NCBI RefSeq assembly: GCF_009914755.1
Contig: NC_060940.1
Source of the DNA: the human T2T-CHM13v2.0 reference genome, Homo sapiens
Strand: one strand, 5' to 3'
Length of the DNA: 64,000 nucleotides
Shown here: one piece after another, positions 57,886-64,000 of the stretch
Numbering within the stretch: position 1 is the stretch's first letter
Layout of the letters: each line of letters starts with the position of its first letter
Made by a program: the position numbers and the translations under genes
The notes under the pieces: model-generated
Told to the model about the DNA's origin: nothing
What the model saw: only the letters and a program-made list of their open reading frames with translations
Database searches by the model: none

Positions 57886-59619
57886 ACACCAGGGGGGCAG
57901 ATAGAGGCAGCCAGGCAGCCTGAAGACCCTGGGGCAAAACACACACAGGCCCCCTCTGCTCTCTGGTCACTGCTAACTGGCCAACTGGCCTTTGAGTCCA
58001 CTGACCACAGCTAAGCCCACAGCCATCAAAACCCACCCCTTACACCCTTCACCCTTTAGGGAGGGGCTCAGAGACAGTTGTGGCGATTCCTACTTCCACC
58101 CACAGCCCCCCGACCCTGGGCCTGTGCCGAGTGTGGGTGGGTGACATCATCTTGCACCCAGAGCTCCAGACTAAAGGAAACCCTGGCTCCTGTCTCTGGC
58201 TCTTCCCTCCCTCTCTTTGTTCCCTTGCTCCTTTCTTTTTGCCAAAGGAGAAGACAGTGAGGCTGAGGGCTGCTCAACATGCACAGTGAGCAGGAGATAC
58301 AAGCACGTGGAGGGACGGTCACAGCCCGTGCAACTGGCACCTTCACACACGGAGGCCTGTGATTCCCAGACACCTGGCGCTGGGGCAAATCCCATTCCAC
58401 AGCCAGAAACAGGCTCGGCAGGGCCAGGTGGATTTCTCAAAGCCTTGGTTGCTTTTGGCCTGACGCTAGCTGGACAATGTCTCAGCTCACAGGTTCCTAA
58501 ACGCACACCCGCCCACACCAATCTGCTGAGGAGTGACAGCCATGGGGAGGAGACCCACCTCACTCCAGGGACCCTGGCACCGTCTCCCATGAGGCCAGGT
58601 GTCCTCAGCCACCCGCAGCCAGAGTCCCGCGAGACCGATGGACGGCCTGCCCCTGCGTGACGGCACGCCTGGGACTGTCCCAGCAGGCTCCCATGCTTCA
58701 CCCAACTGGGACAGGGAAACAGGAGGGGGCTACTTCTGCTTTCAAGGCATGGAGGAGCTGTCTGCAGGCCACTTCCCGAACACCTATGCGCTTGGGGAAC
58801 TGACTGAGACTGAGCCGGGGTATCTTCTCCACGATGTGGTGAGCCCATCAGGCCCTTCTTCTGAGAGCACCTCCCTGGAGGTGGAAGCCCCTGAGGCCCA
58901 CAGCATCTTCTGAACCTGTGAGTTCCCACTTACTGAGAGCTCGCCTGGGCCAGTGCCAGTCCACGGCTGTGGCCGGGACTTTGAGTAGATGCTACCCTAC
59001 TTGCTATGCAGAGCCAGCTGGGGCCCAGGGAGGTCAGATAAACTGCCCAAACCAAATCCAGGCCCAGCCAGAATCTCAACTCCAGCCTTTGCGCCTTCTG
59101 ATAAAACCCAGCATTGCTTGAATTTCCAGTACACGCTGCCAAGTCTTCATCAAGCAATAAATAACCCACACAACCCTACTGTCATGCCAAGTTCCATATG
59201 GCCATCCAGAAAGAGACACATGGAGCTGGTTCCTCTCATCTTTATGACCCGTGAAAAGCGCACCAACACGAAGACACGCGTGAAAGGACCTCATCTCCTA
59301 ACCAGACTGACAAGCAAGGGATTTTTTCCACTCACCGTCAGTGGGATGGTTCTAAGCACCGAGGCCAACCCATTTCACACGATTATTTCACAAAAAGAAA
59401 CTTTCTGTGGGACGTGCCTGGGCGACTGAAAAGACAGCCAGCAAAACTGAGAACCTTGTTCGCAAATCCGTACCCTCTCCCAAGGCAGCCTCAGAGGCCC
59501 GAGGGCTGAGGATCCAGACCCGAAAGCCACTGTACCTTCTGTAGGATCAGGCTCAAGGACTAAGGGGGTAAAAGGTGCCCTTTCCCTTCCTAAGCAGAAA
59601 ATTCTGGAACCCAACCTTA

Positions 59620-63855
<4,236 letters not shown>

Positions 63856-64000
63856 TATTTTGAAAAGCAGTTCTCTCTGGCCTGGTGAAGAACACACCAG
63901 CACCATGCCCACCAAAATAGGAGCCCCATGGCTGTTTCCCAGAGTAACCTGGGACCCGAACCTCCATTCACTGTAACACAGACTGAATCTGCAGCCAAGC

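Overview
This is primate (human-like) genomic DNA from a chromosome 16p-type segmental duplication. On the minus strand, about 47,000 to 1 holds an unprocessed duplicate of SMG1, the PIKK kinase of nonsense-mediated decay (NMD). I traced exons 1-22 by hand; all have canonical GT-AG boundaries, a CpG-island promoter is retained, and the gene runs off the left edge. It is a pseudogene-type copy with a 1-bp deletion in exon 10 (TAA at 14777-14779) and a templated, stop-bearing +21-bp insertion in exon 13. Upstream are the 87-nt MIR3680 hairpin (50778-50864, minus strand) inside a MER96-type DNA transposon and an abrupt junction at about 51638 to a GC-rich block. I infer that block is duplicated SLC7A5 intron 1, which makes SMG1P3/MIR3680-1/SLC7A5P2 the best candidate locus; SMG1P2 is not excluded. 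The rest is dense Alu, L1, MIR, solo LTR and DNA-transposon sequence. Main points: (1) exon 2 can be read in a second frame that matches my recollection of the LAT1-3TM C-terminus; (2) both disabling lesions sit in phase-0/phase-0 exons, so skipping them leaves an ORF of at least 917 codons; (3) there is a 15-nt candidate MFES exon in intron 1; (4) a 26-bp minisatellite carries ten perfect PRDM9 13-mers next to the junction; (5) a polyadenylated retrocopy of old L1 sequence sits inside an Alu. Comparisons with SMG1, miR-3680, LAT1-3TM and repeat consensi are from memory, not from searches. Repeat coordinates are approximate.
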